DNA of 52,692 nucleotides, taken from NCBI GenBank assembly GCA_016794365.1, contig JAEUKB010000025.1, positions 1-52,692 on the forward strand. The letters run 5' to 3'. A program made the translations under genes and the position numbers. Under the pieces are notes generated by a model. The model was not told the origin of the DNA and did no database searches. It was given only the letters and a program-made list of their open reading frames with translations. This document shows, piece after piece, positions 1-10,827 of the stretch; within the stretch, counting starts at the first letter, position 1; the number at the start of each line of letters is the position of its first letter. The DNA comes from Myxococcales bacterium (GTDB taxonomy: Bacteria > Myxococcota_A > Polyangia > Palsa-1104 > JAEUJZ01).

Positions 1-151
1 CTAAACCCCGTCCATTCCCAAACCCGCATGTTTCGCGAGGGGCCCCGCTACCCTGCGAGACTTTTTTCCGTTCCGCAGGCGGCCCGAAAAAAAGCTCTCC
101 GGTCGCCCCCACGCTCTTTGCTCAAACTGTTGGTTTCGTAGTGGTCGCAGG

Positions 152-814
152 TTAGCCGCCGCCTTGGCCGAGCCACTCGGCACCGTCTGGGGAAAACTCT
201 TTCTTCCAGATCGGGACTTCGACCTTCAGGGCTTCGATGGCGGCGCGGCAGGCGGAAAACGCTTCGGCCCGGTGCGGAGCCGAGGCAGCCAGCACCACCG
301 CCAGGTCGCCAATGTGCAGCGATCCAATGCGGTGAACCATCGCCAGGCGGACGCCGGGCTGGGCCGACTCGATGCGGGTCACGATCTCGGCCATCTTGCG
401 CACGGCCATCTGGTCGTAGGCTTCGTAGTCGAGCCGCACCACCTGCTTGCCCTCGTTGTGATCGCGCACCATCCCGGCGAACAGCACCAGTCCGCCTTGG
501 CCGGGACCGCTGACGGCTGCGATCACCTCGTCGTACGACAGCGGATCGTGGCTCAGGCGAACGTGCGGCGAGCCCCCGGCGACCGGCGGAATCAAGGCCA
601 CTTCGTCTCCGTCTTTCAGCGGGGTGGACTGCGGCGCAAACTCTTCGTTCACCGCGACTTGCAGGCTGCGGCGACTGCGCGCGATGAGCGGCTCGGCTTC
701 GCCCAGGTGCAGAAGCAGGTCGCCGACTGTGGCTGGTTCGGCTAGCTCGATCGTTTCGGTGTGTTTGTGCAGGCGCTCACGCAGGTGAGCAAAGTAGCGG
801 ACCGAGATCTTCAT
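152..814 (-). CDS. Molybdopterin synthase, MoaD-MoaE fusion (sulfur-carrier domain fused to catalytic subunit)
   Basis: 220 aa. The N-terminal roughly 80 aa is ThiS/MoaD-like and ends in a Gly-Gly motif (IPPVAGG). It is followed by a MoaE-like domain. Assignment rests on recalled family features, not a database search. Confidence 0.65.
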   Translation of the reverse strand: MKISVRYFAHLRERLHKHTETIELAEPATVGDLLLHLGEAEPLIARSRRSLQVAVNEEFAPQSTPLKDGDEVALIPPVAGGSPHVRLSHDPLSYDEVIAAVSGPGQGGLVLFAGMVRDHNEGKQVVRLDYEAYDQMAVRKMAEIVTRIESAQPGVRLAMVHRIGSLHIGDLAVVLAASAPHRAEAFSACRAAIEALKVEVPIWKKEFSPDGAEWLGQGGG

Positions 815-824
815 GCGCGCAGTC

Positions 825-2132
825 TTACAACCGAACGACGGGACAGGACTTGTCTTTTTCGACGCGCCGGGTGGCGTTGCGGGTGTCGAGGACGAGCTTG
901 GCCTTTTGGCACAGCGCGGCGTAGTCGATCGACGTGTGGTCGGTCAGGATCAGCACCGCGTCGTAGTCCGAAAGCCGGTTGAGCGGCACCGACTGAAGCT
1001 GGTGATGACCGATGCGGACGGCTGGGACGTAGGGATCGTGATACTCGACGGTCGCGCCTTTGCCCCATAGCAGCTCGATGACATCCAGGGCCGGGGACTC
1101 GCGCACGTCGTCGATGTCGCGCTTGTAGGCAACGCCCATGACGAGCAGCTTGGACCCGCGTACGGCCTGGCTGCGGTCGTTGAGCGCGTCTTGGAGCCGC
1201 GAGACGACGACTTCGGGCATGCCGGTGTTGATCTGATCGGCCAGGTCGATAAAGCGCGCTTCGTACTTGAGCGTGCGCAGCTTCCACGACAGGTAGAGCG
1301 GATCGACGGGGATGCAGTGTCCGCCGAGTCCGGGGCCGGGATAAAACGGCATAAAGCCAAAGGGCTTGGTGGCCGCCGCGTCGATGACTTCCCAGGTATC
1401 GAGCCCGAGCTTTTCGCACATGATGGCGACCTCGTTGACGAGCCCGATGTTGACCGCGCGGAAGGTGTTTTCGAGCAGCTTCACCATCTCGGCGGCGTCG
1501 GTGGAAGAGACGGGGACCAGGCGGTCCATGACCTCGCTGTAGAGCGCGCGGATCATGGTCAGACAGGCTGGGGTGGTGCCGCCGACGACCTTGGGGGTGT
1601 TCTTGGTCTGAAAGCGCTCGTTGCCGGGATCGACACGCTCGGGGGAAAACGACAGGAAGAAGTCTTGACCGACCTTGAGCCCCGATTCCGACAGGCGGGG
1701 CAGCAGCACCTCGCGGGTGAAGCCGGGAAAGGTCGTCGATTCCAGCACGATCAGCATGCCGGGATGCATGTGCGGCAGGAGCGCTTCGGCTGCGGCCACG
1801 ATGTAGCTGTTGTCGGGTGAGCGCGACTTGTTGAGCGGAGTCGGCACGCAGATGATCACGACATCGGCAGAAGCGAGGCACTGGGGATCGGTCGTGGCAT
1901 CGACTCGGCCTTGGGCGACCAGCTCCGAGAGCGCAGCATCGGGCACATCTTTGATGTAGCTTCTGCCAGCGCGGACGGCGGCGGCGCGCTCCTCGATCAG
2001 ATCGTAGCCGGTGACGTGAAAGCCTGCGCGGGCGACCTCTACGAGGAGAGGCAGGCCGACATAGCCGAGCCCAATCACGGTCACTTGTGCGGTGTGTTGC
2101 GACAGCTTGGCGAGGAGCGATGGGTGATGCAT
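825..2132 (-). CDS. Nucleotide-sugar dehydrogenase (UDP-glucose / UDP-N-acetyl-mannosamine dehydrogenase family)
   Basis: 435 aa. The N-terminal Rossmann motif [12 protein letters not shown] and the catalytic-cysteine motif GGHCIPVDP are hallmarks of the UDP-glucose/GDP-mannose dehydrogenase family. The overlapping track ORF 811..1881 is an alternate-frame artefact. Confidence 0.85.
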   Translation of the reverse strand: MHHPSLLAKLSQHTAQVTVIGLGYVGLPLLVEVARAGFHVTGYDLIEERAAAVRAGRSYIKDVPDAALSELVAQGRVDATTDPQCLASADVVIICVPTPLNKSRSPDNSYIVAAAEALLPHMHPGMLIVLESTTFPGFTREVLLPRLSESGLKVGQDFFLSFSPERVDPGNERFQTKNTPKVVGGTTPACLTMIRALYSEVMDRLVPVSSTDAAEMVKLLENTFRAVNIGLVNEVAIMCEKLGLDTWEVIDAAATKPFGFMPFYPGPGLGGHCIPVDPLYLSWKLRTLKYEARFIDLADQINTGMPEVVVSRLQDALNDRSQAVRGSKLLVMGVAYKRDIDDVRESPALDVIELLWGKGATVEYHDPYVPAVRIGHHQLQSVPLNRLSDYDAVLILTDHTSIDYAALCQKAKLVLDTRNATRRVEKDKSCPVVRL

Positions 2133-2176
2133 GGACTTTTCAGGCTTCTATCGTACGCCACCTGCGAACACAAGGC

Positions 2177-2929
2177 TTACCGCTGCTTGCGCCAGGAGAA
2201 CAGCCACGGCAAAAGCGCGGGCTCGGCAAAGGCGGCGGTCCAGGCATCGTGACCGACTTGGGGATACTCGGTGTAGCGACAGGGAGCGTTTTGGGCGCGC
2301 AGGGCGGCGATCATGTGGCGGGATCGCTCGACGGACACCACCGGATCGAGCGCGCCATGGAAGGCCCAGATGGGAACGTGCGCAAAACGGGAGGCTTGCT
2401 GCGCATCGCCGCCGCCGCAGATGGTGATGGCAGCGGCAAAGTCGTCGGGATGGCGGCTGAGCAGATCCCAGACCCCGAAACAGCCCATGGACAGGCCGAT
2501 CAGGTAGATGCGGCTGCGATCAATGCGCGGCGCGGCAGGATCGGCGGCGGGATCTTGCAAGAGAAGCTGGGTCAGGAGTTCATAAAGTGCAGCGAGGGGT
2601 GCAGACGGCGTGGCGGGCAAGGTGTGGGCAGGTGCGGACCAGTCCACTTCGACCCAGCGCCGGTCGTTTGGACACTGGGGCAGCAGCGCGTAGCAGGGAA
2701 AGCGGGCGCGGGCATCGTCGGAAGCGAGCAGCTCGGCGGCTCCGTTGCGAAGCTGGGCGCGGTTGTCATCGCCACGCTCTCCGGCTCCATGCAAAAACAC
2801 GACAAGGGGCAGCGGCGAAGACTCGGCCTGCGGGCGGAGGAAGCGATAGGGCAAGCGCAGTCCGCTGCGTGAGAGGGCGTGCTCGGCGGAAAAGCGGTCG
2901 ATCAGGTCGATGTCGGGCTGGGTCGGCAT
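2177..2929 (-). CDS. Esterase, phospholipase/carboxylesterase-type alpha/beta hydrolase
   Basis: Track ORF is 2177..3247. I trimmed the start to the Met of MPTQPDIDLIDRF at 2929 (a Met at 2974 is an alternative). The upstream Ser/Ala-rich stretch is the antisense reading of the acidic-linker gene on the + strand. Motifs present: VVFLHGAGERG, GLSMGC (nucleophile-elbow-like), and a C-terminal GHDAW. Confidence 0.6.
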   Translation of the reverse strand: MPTQPDIDLIDRFSAEHALSRSGLRLPYRFLRPQAESSPLPLVVFLHGAGERGDDNRAQLRNGAAELLASDDARARFPCYALLPQCPNDRRWVEVDWSAPAHTLPATPSAPLAALYELLTQLLLQDPAADPAAPRIDRSRIYLIGLSMGCFGVWDLLSRHPDDFAAAITICGGGDAQQASRFAHVPIWAFHGALDPVVSVERSRHMIAALRAQNAPCRYTEYPQVGHDAWTAAFAEPALLPWLFSWRKQR

Positions 2930-2972
2930 GCGAAAAGTGTAGCTCTTTGGCTGCCTCGGTATACTGCGCGCC

Positions 2973-4019
2973 ATGTGGACCTGGCTGGGCCTGGCGGTGG
3001 CTTGCGCCCTTGTGCTGATGTTGTTGATGGTGCTTGCGCGCAAGTCGCGTGGGGAAGCTGCGGCTGCGACGGAAGCTGCGGAGACGACGGAAGCTGGGGA
3101 GGCGACCGCTGCGGAGGTTGCTGCGACCGGACCGCGCGCTGTGGCGAAACAGGCTGCGGACGAAGAAGAAGAAGCGTCAGCGGACGACGAAGCGGACGAC
3201 GACGAAGCGGACGAAGACGCAGAAGTGAGCGAGGACGAAGCGCCCAAGAAGCGTCCGATCCTGCACAGCCGTCACTGGGCGATCTTGGTGGGGGAAAGCG
3301 AGCCGCATCGCTTCCTTTTGTCGGCGTTTGAGAAGCTGTTACAGCCGGGAAGTGGCTCGCGGGCTACCGGGGAAGGGCGCTACTGGCACTTGGTGGACAA
3401 CAGCGGGCGGCTCCAGCTGTCGGCGCTGGTACGCAAAGGGGACGTGCTGGAAGTGCTGGCGTTTTATCCGTACGCAGAGACGAGCAATAGCTGGCCGGTG
3501 CAGCTGGAGCGAGTCGAGGAGAGCCCGGACGGACTGCAAGCGCGGCTGTACGGGCAGGCGGGCGGGGCGCACGTTGCGGTGTTCGATACGCTGTACTTTA
3601 AGAACCACCCGCACTACGCGGTGGGCGAAACGTACGAGCTGCAAGTGAGCGCGATCGCGTATCAACTGGAGTTTGACGAGCCAGCGGAGGCGTCGGACGG
3701 ACAGAGCGGCTTTGGGACGCTGCCGGTGCTGACATCAGACCGGGATGCGGCGGACGATGAAGTGGTGTTTCACTCGACGGTGGAAGATGTGTTCGACTGC
3801 GAGTTTTGGGGCATCGAGCTTCAGGTCTATCAGCTCACGCTGCTGCACACCAAAGAGGGTCCGCTGCGGGTCGATCTGTATACGCATCCGTCCCTGACGA
3901 TGCGACGCTTTGCGGTCGGTGATCGCGTGCGCGGGGTGGCGTGGCTGTTTGGGCTGTGGCCGGATCCGCGTGCGACGGCGCTGGCAGAAGCCCTGAAGGC
4001 GGCGCGGCTACCGAACTAG
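2973..4019 (+). CDS. Hypothetical membrane-anchored protein with an acidic low-complexity linker
   Basis: 348 aa. An N-terminal hydrophobic helix (LAVACALVLMLLMVLA) is followed by an Ala/Glu/Asp-rich linker (EAAETTEAGE...DDEADDDEADEDAE) and a roughly 230-aa C-terminal domain with no family I recognise. Confidence 0.5.
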   Translation: MWTWLGLAVACALVLMLLMVLARKSRGEAAAATEAAETTEAGEATAAEVAATGPRAVAKQAADEEEEASADDEADDDEADEDAEVSEDEAPKKRPILHSRHWAILVGESEPHRFLLSAFEKLLQPGSGSRATGEGRYWHLVDNSGRLQLSALVRKGDVLEVLAFYPYAETSNSWPVQLERVEESPDGLQARLYGQAGGAHVAVFDTLYFKNHPHYAVGETYELQVSAIAYQLEFDEPAEASDGQSGFGTLPVLTSDRDAADDEVVFHSTVEDVFDCEFWGIELQVYQLTLLHTKEGPLRVDLYTHPSLTMRRFAVGDRVRGVAWLFGLWPDPRATALAEALKAARLPN

Positions 4020-4041
4020 CTTTTGCGTCGCGGCAAACTGC

Positions 4042-5220
4042 TCACGAGCACGCAGCGGCGGTGTTTGGAAAGTCGGTAAACAGGCCGTCGATGCCGAGGC
4101 GATAAAACTGTAGGTACTCGGCTTCGGGGTTGCCGCCGTAGCTCTGGGCCAGTCGGCGCGGCTCGCTGCGGAAGGTAAACGGATGCACAAACAGTCCCAG
4201 CTTGTGGGCGTCTTGTAAGAGCGCGGTGGGACGCTGGGTCTGGGCATCGCTCAGCGAGATCTTGCCGTCTCCAGTGAGGTCGGTCGGGTTGCCCGCGCCA
4301 TCGAGCTGCGCCTGGACGGGAATCAGGTACGGCTTCCAGGGTCCGATGCCGTCCGCGTAGGTCTTGATCTCGGCGAGTCCTTCGCGGCTTACCATGCTGT
4401 CAAAGCGCTTGGTGATTCCGGCGCGGGTCCAGTCGTAGGGACGATCAAACGGCGGGGCGTAGGTGATCGTGCCGGTGCGAAAGTCGTAGTCATCGCCATC
4501 GATGAGCTGAACCAGCTTGGTGGATAGTCCCAGCTGGCGCAGGAGTCGCAGGCTGCTCGGCTCAAAGCTCTGCACAAAGACCGGAGCGCTCGGGGCATCG
4601 AGTCGGGCGGCGCGCAGCTCACGCAGTAGCTCTGCTTCGAGCGGCAGGCCCAGCTCGCGGTGATAGGTCGGATTCTTCGTCTCGGGATACAGGATCAGGG
4701 GGCGTCCGAGCTTGGCGGACTGCGACGCTGCCAGCGCGAGGATCTCTGCAAACGTCGCGATGCGGAACTTGCCGTTGTGCTGCTGCGGGCGCTCGGCATC
4801 GGTGGCAATGGCTCCGAGCGACTTGATCTCTTCCAGCGTGAAGTCGTGCGCAAAAAAGCCGGTCTGCTTTTCGCCATCGACCAGCCAGTCCACGCGCTTA
4901 CGCGAGGCAAACTCTGGATGTTGCGCGACATCGGTGCTGTAGGACAGGTTCGGATCGTGACGCGCAATCAGCTTGCCGTCTTTGGTCGCGATGAGATCCA
5001 TTTCCAGGGCATCTGCACCTTGATCCACCGCGAGCTGATAGGCTTCCAGCGTCTGTTCCGGCAGATAGCCCGACGCGCCCCGGTGCGCGATCACCAGCGG
5101 CGCACTGCCATCGAGTGTCGGAAACGAAAACGGTGTGGGCGTCGCACAGCCAGCCAGCAGCAGCCAGCCAAGCAGGGTCTTTGTTCGCAGGTCATTGCGT
5201 ATCGCGTTCGTCGTATTCAT
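4042..5220 (-). CDS. glpQ: Glycerophosphodiester phosphodiesterase (lipoprotein)
   Basis: 392 aa. Signal peptide plus lipobox (LLLAGC). GDPD signature HRGASGYLPEQTLEAY and downstream motifs match the GlpQ/UgpQ family. Confidence 0.85.
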   Translation of the reverse strand: MNTTNAIRNDLRTKTLLGWLLLAGCATPTPFSFPTLDGSAPLVIAHRGASGYLPEQTLEAYQLAVDQGADALEMDLIATKDGKLIARHDPNLSYSTDVAQHPEFASRKRVDWLVDGEKQTGFFAHDFTLEEIKSLGAIATDAERPQQHNGKFRIATFAEILALAASQSAKLGRPLILYPETKNPTYHRELGLPLEAELLRELRAARLDAPSAPVFVQSFEPSSLRLLRQLGLSTKLVQLIDGDDYDFRTGTITYAPPFDRPYDWTRAGITKRFDSMVSREGLAEIKTYADGIGPWKPYLIPVQAQLDGAGNPTDLTGDGKISLSDAQTQRPTALLQDAHKLGLFVHPFTFRSEPRRLAQSYGGNPEAEYLQFYRLGIDGLFTDFPNTAAACS

Positions 5221-5268
5221 CTGCGTCCTTTGGCTCGTGCGTGATGCGTGCGTGCAGCGCCGGTTTTG

Positions 5269-6120
5269 TTAGGTCGCGCTGATGCTGAGTCGTCCGCTCA
5301 GCAGATCGCCGACGAGCTCACACAGGCCGAAGCCTTCGCTGTGGGTGGTGATGTGCTTGGGAACGGAATCGCCCAGCTCGGGGAGATAGCGCTCGATGTT
5401 GCGAACGCCGACGGACAGCGCAAAGCATCCGGGCGCAAACAAGCTGGCATCGTTGGCAGAGTCACCGACTGAAACGGCAGCGCGTGCAAGCTCTGCGTGG
5501 GCATCGGCGACGCCGCGTCGGGACAGCAGGGCTGCGGCGCCTTCCGCTTTGCTGCGTCGCGTGTCGCCATCGAGCATGAAGTGAATGTGAATCGAGCTGG
5601 CGAGGATGTGACCTTGGTGATCGCTCTCTTCGGCCACCAGCTGGGACAGCTCGTGCAGGAGCTGCGCGCCTTCGGTGCCGCCCGGAAGATCGCGCACCAC
5701 GGTGTAGTCACTGACGCGAAAAGCGTTGTCGGCAGTGGTCTGAAAGGTCCGTCCCAGGCGGCGCGCGACGCGCTTTTGCAAGGCAGCCAGGCGGGTGCGC
5801 AGGTCGGGGGCGAGGGGTCGAAAGTAGTGCAGGCCGTGCTCGTGGCTGGATGTGGCGACCGGGCTTCCACCGGGACTGTGGGCCGATGGTGCTGGCGTAC
5901 GTCGATCGAGCCACGCACCGCCGTTTTCGACGATCACGGCGCTGATGGACGGCAGATAGGAAAGCAGGGCTGCGCCATAGCCTGCGGGGCGTCCGGTGTT
6001 GAGGATGACTTCCATTCCAGCGCGCTCGGCGCGGGCGACGGCATCGAGCACATCGGCATGAATCCCGCCGCGAACCGTGAACGTGTCGTCAACGTCTGCG
6101 AACAGATAGCGAGGAAGCAT
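5269..6120 (-). CDS. HAD-superfamily hydrolase (Cof/IIB-like sugar-phosphatase family)
   Basis: 283 aa. Motif I DVDDTFT (DxDxT) sits at the N-terminus. ...LNTGRP... and a C-terminal GDSxND-like motif (VGDSANDASLF) are typical of HAD IIB phosphatases. Confidence 0.7.
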   Translation of the reverse strand: MLPRYLFADVDDTFTVRGGIHADVLDAVARAERAGMEVILNTGRPAGYGAALLSYLPSISAVIVENGGAWLDRRTPAPSAHSPGGSPVATSSHEHGLHYFRPLAPDLRTRLAALQKRVARRLGRTFQTTADNAFRVSDYTVVRDLPGGTEGAQLLHELSQLVAEESDHQGHILASSIHIHFMLDGDTRRSKAEGAAALLSRRGVADAHAELARAAVSVGDSANDASLFAPGCFALSVGVRNIERYLPELGDSVPKHITTHSEGFGLCELVGDLLSGRLSISAT

Positions 6121-6183
6121 GGCTGCGCACTGTAGCGCAGCGCGGATGGGTCTACGTGGGGTTTGTGGAAGGGCTAGCGGGGC

Positions 6184-7086
6184 TTACAGACCAGCGCCAG
6201 GCGCGCCAACGCGGTACGTCGGGCCTCCACCACCTGGGTGGGGCGGGGCGCTGGGGGCCGGAGCGGCGGGCGGCGGACGATAACCACCGGGAGCCGGAGC
6301 CGGAGCGGCAGGCGGCGGACGATAACCACCGGGAGCCGGAGCTGGAGCGGCAGGCGGCGGACGATAGCCTCCACCGGGCGGTGTGTACACAGGCGGAGCA
6401 CCGACCGCGCCACCACCGTAGACGGGAGCGGGACGATAGACCGGAGCCGGAGCCACGGGAGGCGGCGGAGCGACAACCGTGCCACCACCATAGACGGGAG
6501 CGGGACGATAGACCGGAGCCGGAGCCACGGGAGGCGGCGGAGCGACAACCGTGCCGCCACCGTAGACGGGAGCGGGACGATAGACCGGAGCCGGAGCCAC
6601 GGGAGGCGGAGGAGCGACGACCGTGCCGCCACCGTAGACGGGAGCGGGACGATAGACCGGGGCCGGAGGAGCGACGACCGTGCCGCCACCGTAGACGGGA
6701 GCGGGACGATAGACCGGGCTCGATGGATACGCTGGGGCACCATATCCCGACGGAGCCCAGTGCGCGCGATAGTAAGAGCCGCCGACAAAGCGCGGTCCCA
6801 CGTAGATGTAGCCCGGACGAACCGGCGAACAGTAGCCACGCGCCCAGAACCAGCGACCGGCCCAGTCCCAGCGGCCCGGCACGAAGATGGTTCCGTATCC
6901 GCAGGTCAGCACCGGCTCATAGCGCGGCGCGGGCGGAGCCATCGACACCGCAATCGGGGCCGGTGGGTTGTCTGGAATGTATTCCATCGTGGTCCCGTAC
7001 TGCGGAGCGGGGGTCTCTACGTACGTGGTGCCGTAGCAGCCGCTCGCTCCAGCCAGCGCACAGAGCGCCGCAAGAACTCGCTTCAT
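6184..7086 (-). CDS. Proline-rich tandem-repeat lipoprotein
   Basis: Track ORF is 6184..7221. I moved the start to the Met of MKRVLAALCALAGASGC (7086), which gives a signal peptide plus lipobox. The body has a W/Y/G-rich segment followed by repeated PAPVYRPAPVYGGGTVVAPPPPVA and GGYRPPPAAPAPAP units. The + strand ORF 6238.. covering the same DNA is an artefact that fuses into trpS. Confidence 0.6.
   Translation of the reverse strand: MKRVLAALCALAGASGCYGTTYVETPAPQYGTTMEYIPDNPPAPIAVSMAPPAPRYEPVLTCGYGTIFVPGRWDWAGRWFWARGYCSPVRPGYIYVGPRFVGGSYYRAHWAPSGYGAPAYPSSPVYRPAPVYGGGTVVAPPAPVYRPAPVYGGGTVVAPPPPVAPAPVYRPAPVYGGGTVVAPPPPVAPAPVYRPAPVYGGGTVVAPPPPVAPAPVYRPAPVYGGGAVGAPPVYTPPGGGYRPPPAAPAPAPGGYRPPPAAPAPAPGGYRPPPAAPAPSAPPHPGGGGPTYRVGAPGAGL
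6259..6718. repeat. In-frame tandem DNA repeats (about three 42-nt units, then about five 72-nt units) inside the proline-rich lipoprotein gene
   Basis: By eye: the unit ggagcggcaggcggcggacgataaccaccgggagccggagc recurs from about 6259, and the 72-nt unit gccaccaccgtagacgggagcgggacgatagaccggagccggagccacgggaggcggcggagcgacaaccgt recurs from about 6409 to 6718 with small variations. Confidence 0.7.
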
Positions 7087-7198
7087 GTGAGGTCTCCTGT
7101 ATGTCTGCGACATTTTACTTTCTCCGACGGGATCATCGCCAGAATTCTTCATGCCGTCGCTGAAGGAGCCCTTGGCTGTGTGCCCGCGCCTTCCACCG

Positions 7199-7250
7199 TT
7201 TGGCGCATCGGCTTGGCGCATCGGCTTGGCGCATCGGCTTGGCGCATCGG
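7199..7250. repeat. Four perfect tandem copies of the 13-mer TTGGCGCATCGGC in the divergent intergenic region upstream of trpS
   Basis: Read directly: ttggcgcatcggc occurs four times at 7199-7250. It lies 70-120 nt upstream of the trpS start and just upstream of a TTGACA hexamer at 7292-7297. Confidence 0.8.
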
Positions 7251-7320
7251 CTGCACCGGCACAAAACGAGCTGGCTCGTCTGGACGATTGTTTGACATCG
7301 ACGCTAACCGCACTGTATGC

Positions 7321-8400
7321 ATGTTCTGCGCCATGGACTCAAAGCAAGCTGTTTCGTCTCCCTCACCCGACGCTGGAACTGCAAAGACCGAAGGCCCAAA
7401 GGCCCCGCACCGTGAAGTGGTGTTCTCGGGGATGCAGCCGTCTGGTGGTTTTCACATTGGCAACTACTTGGGAGCGGTGCGCGACTGGGTCACGCTGCAA
7501 GACCAGCATCGCTGCTTTTACTGCGTCGTCGATCTCCACGCGATCACCCAGCCCTACGATCCGTTGGCGATGCGTGCGCGGGTGATGGACATGGCGGTGG
7601 AACTGCTCGCGTGTGGCATCGATCCGAACCGCGCGACGCTGTTTGTGCAGTCGCAGGTGCCCGAGCATGCAGAGCTGGCCTGGGTGCTGAGCACGTTGGC
7701 TCCCTACGGTGAGCTGTCGCGGATGACGCAGTTTAAGGAAAAAGGCGAGCGGGCCGAGTACATCAACTGCGGTCTGTTTACCTATCCGGTGCTGATGGCG
7801 GCGGACATCCTGCTTTACAAAGCGACGCGCGTTCCCGTCGGAGAAGATCAGATTCAGCACCTGGAGCTGACGCGCGAGATCGTGCGCCGCTTCAACGGTC
7901 GCTTCGGAGAGCCTGCGGTGTTTTCCGAGCCGCTGCCGATGCATCGCTCACCGCTGCGGATCATGGGGCTCGACGGCAAGCAGAAGATGTCGAAGTCGCT
8001 TGGCAACTATGTGGCGATTTCTGACGAGCCGGATGTGATTCGCAAGAAGATCAGCGGCGCATTTACCGACGAGCTTCGCCTGCGCAAAAAAGATCCCGGC
8101 CATCCCGAGAGCTGCTACGTCTGCGGTCTGGAGCCGTTCTTTATGTCCGCCGACAAGGTCGCGGAGTTTCACGAAGGCTGCCGGTCGGCCAAGATTGGCT
8201 GCATCGACAGCAAGCGCGCTCTCGCCGAAGCGATCATCAGCCATCTTCAGCCGATCCAGGAACGCAAGCGCGAGCTGCTCGCGAAGCCGGGCTTTGTCGA
8301 AGAGATCCTGCGAGACGGAGCCGCCCAGGCGCGCAAGGTCGCGGCGCAGACGATGGTGGAAGTTCGCGATCGACTGGGCTTTTTGCCGCTACCGGGGTAG
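7321..8400 (+). CDS. trpS: Tryptophan--tRNA ligase
   Basis: HIGH motif (GGFHIGNYLGA) and KMSKS motif are present with the class I TrpRS/TyrRS fold pattern. I trimmed the start to the ATG at 7321 (MFCAMDS; a Met at 7333 is also possible). The track ORF 6238..8400 carries a spurious 360-aa N-terminal extension. Confidence 0.9.
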   Translation: MFCAMDSKQAVSSPSPDAGTAKTEGPKAPHREVVFSGMQPSGGFHIGNYLGAVRDWVTLQDQHRCFYCVVDLHAITQPYDPLAMRARVMDMAVELLACGIDPNRATLFVQSQVPEHAELAWVLSTLAPYGELSRMTQFKEKGERAEYINCGLFTYPVLMAADILLYKATRVPVGEDQIQHLELTREIVRRFNGRFGEPAVFSEPLPMHRSPLRIMGLDGKQKMSKSLGNYVAISDEPDVIRKKISGAFTDELRLRKKDPGHPESCYVCGLEPFFMSADKVAEFHEGCRSAKIGCIDSKRALAEAIISHLQPIQERKRELLAKPGFVEEILRDGAAQARKVAAQTMVEVRDRLGFLPLPG

Positions 8401-8487
8401 CGTCGCGCAGCTCGTCGGTCAGTGCCTGTTTTTTGAGTGCGAACAGTTTGGACGCTGGGCGCGCGTGGGGCTCGGTATACTGCCGAC

Positions 8488-10053
<1,566 letters not shown>

Positions 10054-10077
10054 CGCTTCTTTCGTAGCGAGTCCCGC

Positions 10078-10797
10078 ATGTCCGACGCCATCAAACAAAA
10101 CGAACAGATCTACGATCGACTGTGGGCTCGTCTGCCGATTCCGTCGCACAGTGAGTGGCCGATCTGGCCCGAGCTGGAAAAGGAAATCCACGGCAGTGCG
10201 CGGCTGCTGGAAATGGGCGCGGGTGTGCTGCCTCGGATTCCCATCGACGGAGGCTTCTTTGTCGATCTGTCGCAGTCGGCGCTGCGCAAGCTGGATCTAA
10301 ACGGTGGTCATGGCGTTCGTGCCGCCGGTCCGCTGCCGTTTTGCGACGACGCCTTCGATGTCGTCTGTGCCTTTGAAGTCTTGGAACACATTCCCGACGA
10401 CCAAACAGTGCTGACCGAGCTGGCGCGCGTGCTGCGTCCTGGCGGTGCGCTGTTTTTTTCGGTTCCCGTCAATCCGGCGCTCTGGACCGGCTTCGACGAT
10501 GCCTGTGGACATGTCCGTCGCTACATCGCATCGGACCTGGCGGACAGACTGGCCAGCGTCGGTCTTGACATCGAGCGCTGGACCACCCAGCCGAACAAGT
10601 TCAAAAAGCCGATCGGCGATCTCACCGGCTCGTTTTTGCGCGTCTTGGCGCACTTTCCTCGTCTGACCATTTGGCTCAAGCAAAAAGCGCTAGAGACCGA
10701 GATGAGCCGCCACTTCACCTGGCAGACCGGCGACATCGATCAAAGCCACGAGATCGGCGGACTCATCGCCATCGCGCGCAAGGTTATCCGCAGCTAA
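10078..10797 (+). CDS. Class I SAM-dependent methyltransferase
   Basis: 239 aa. The glycine-rich motif LEMGAGVL and the acidic motif FEVLEHIPDD plus the LRPGG motif are typical of Methyltransf_11/25-type enzymes. Confidence 0.7.
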   Translation: MSDAIKQNEQIYDRLWARLPIPSHSEWPIWPELEKEIHGSARLLEMGAGVLPRIPIDGGFFVDLSQSALRKLDLNGGHGVRAAGPLPFCDDAFDVVCAFEVLEHIPDDQTVLTELARVLRPGGALFFSVPVNPALWTGFDDACGHVRRYIASDLADRLASVGLDIERWTTQPNKFKKPIGDLTGSFLRVLAHFPRLTIWLKQKALETEMSRHFTWQTGDIDQSHEIGGLIAIARKVIRS

Positions 10798-10827
10798 GCC
10801 CGCCGATTCGTCAGCCCTGCTTCGTTG

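Noticed and set aside
1-183. 60-aa ORF on the minus strand at the window edge, and a possible hairpin/T6 (gcgaggggccccgc...cttttttcc) around 30-75
   Set aside because: The ORF is short, Arg/Ala-rich and downstream of the moaDE stop, with no support. The candidate stem does not give clean complementarity when written out.
6238-7320. N-terminal 360 aa of the 720-aa track ORF fused to trpS
   Set aside because: The stretch is the antisense reading of the repetitive Pro-rich lipoprotein gene (RRTITTGSRSRSG... repeats). The TrpRS homology, including the HIGH motif, begins only after the ATG at 7321.
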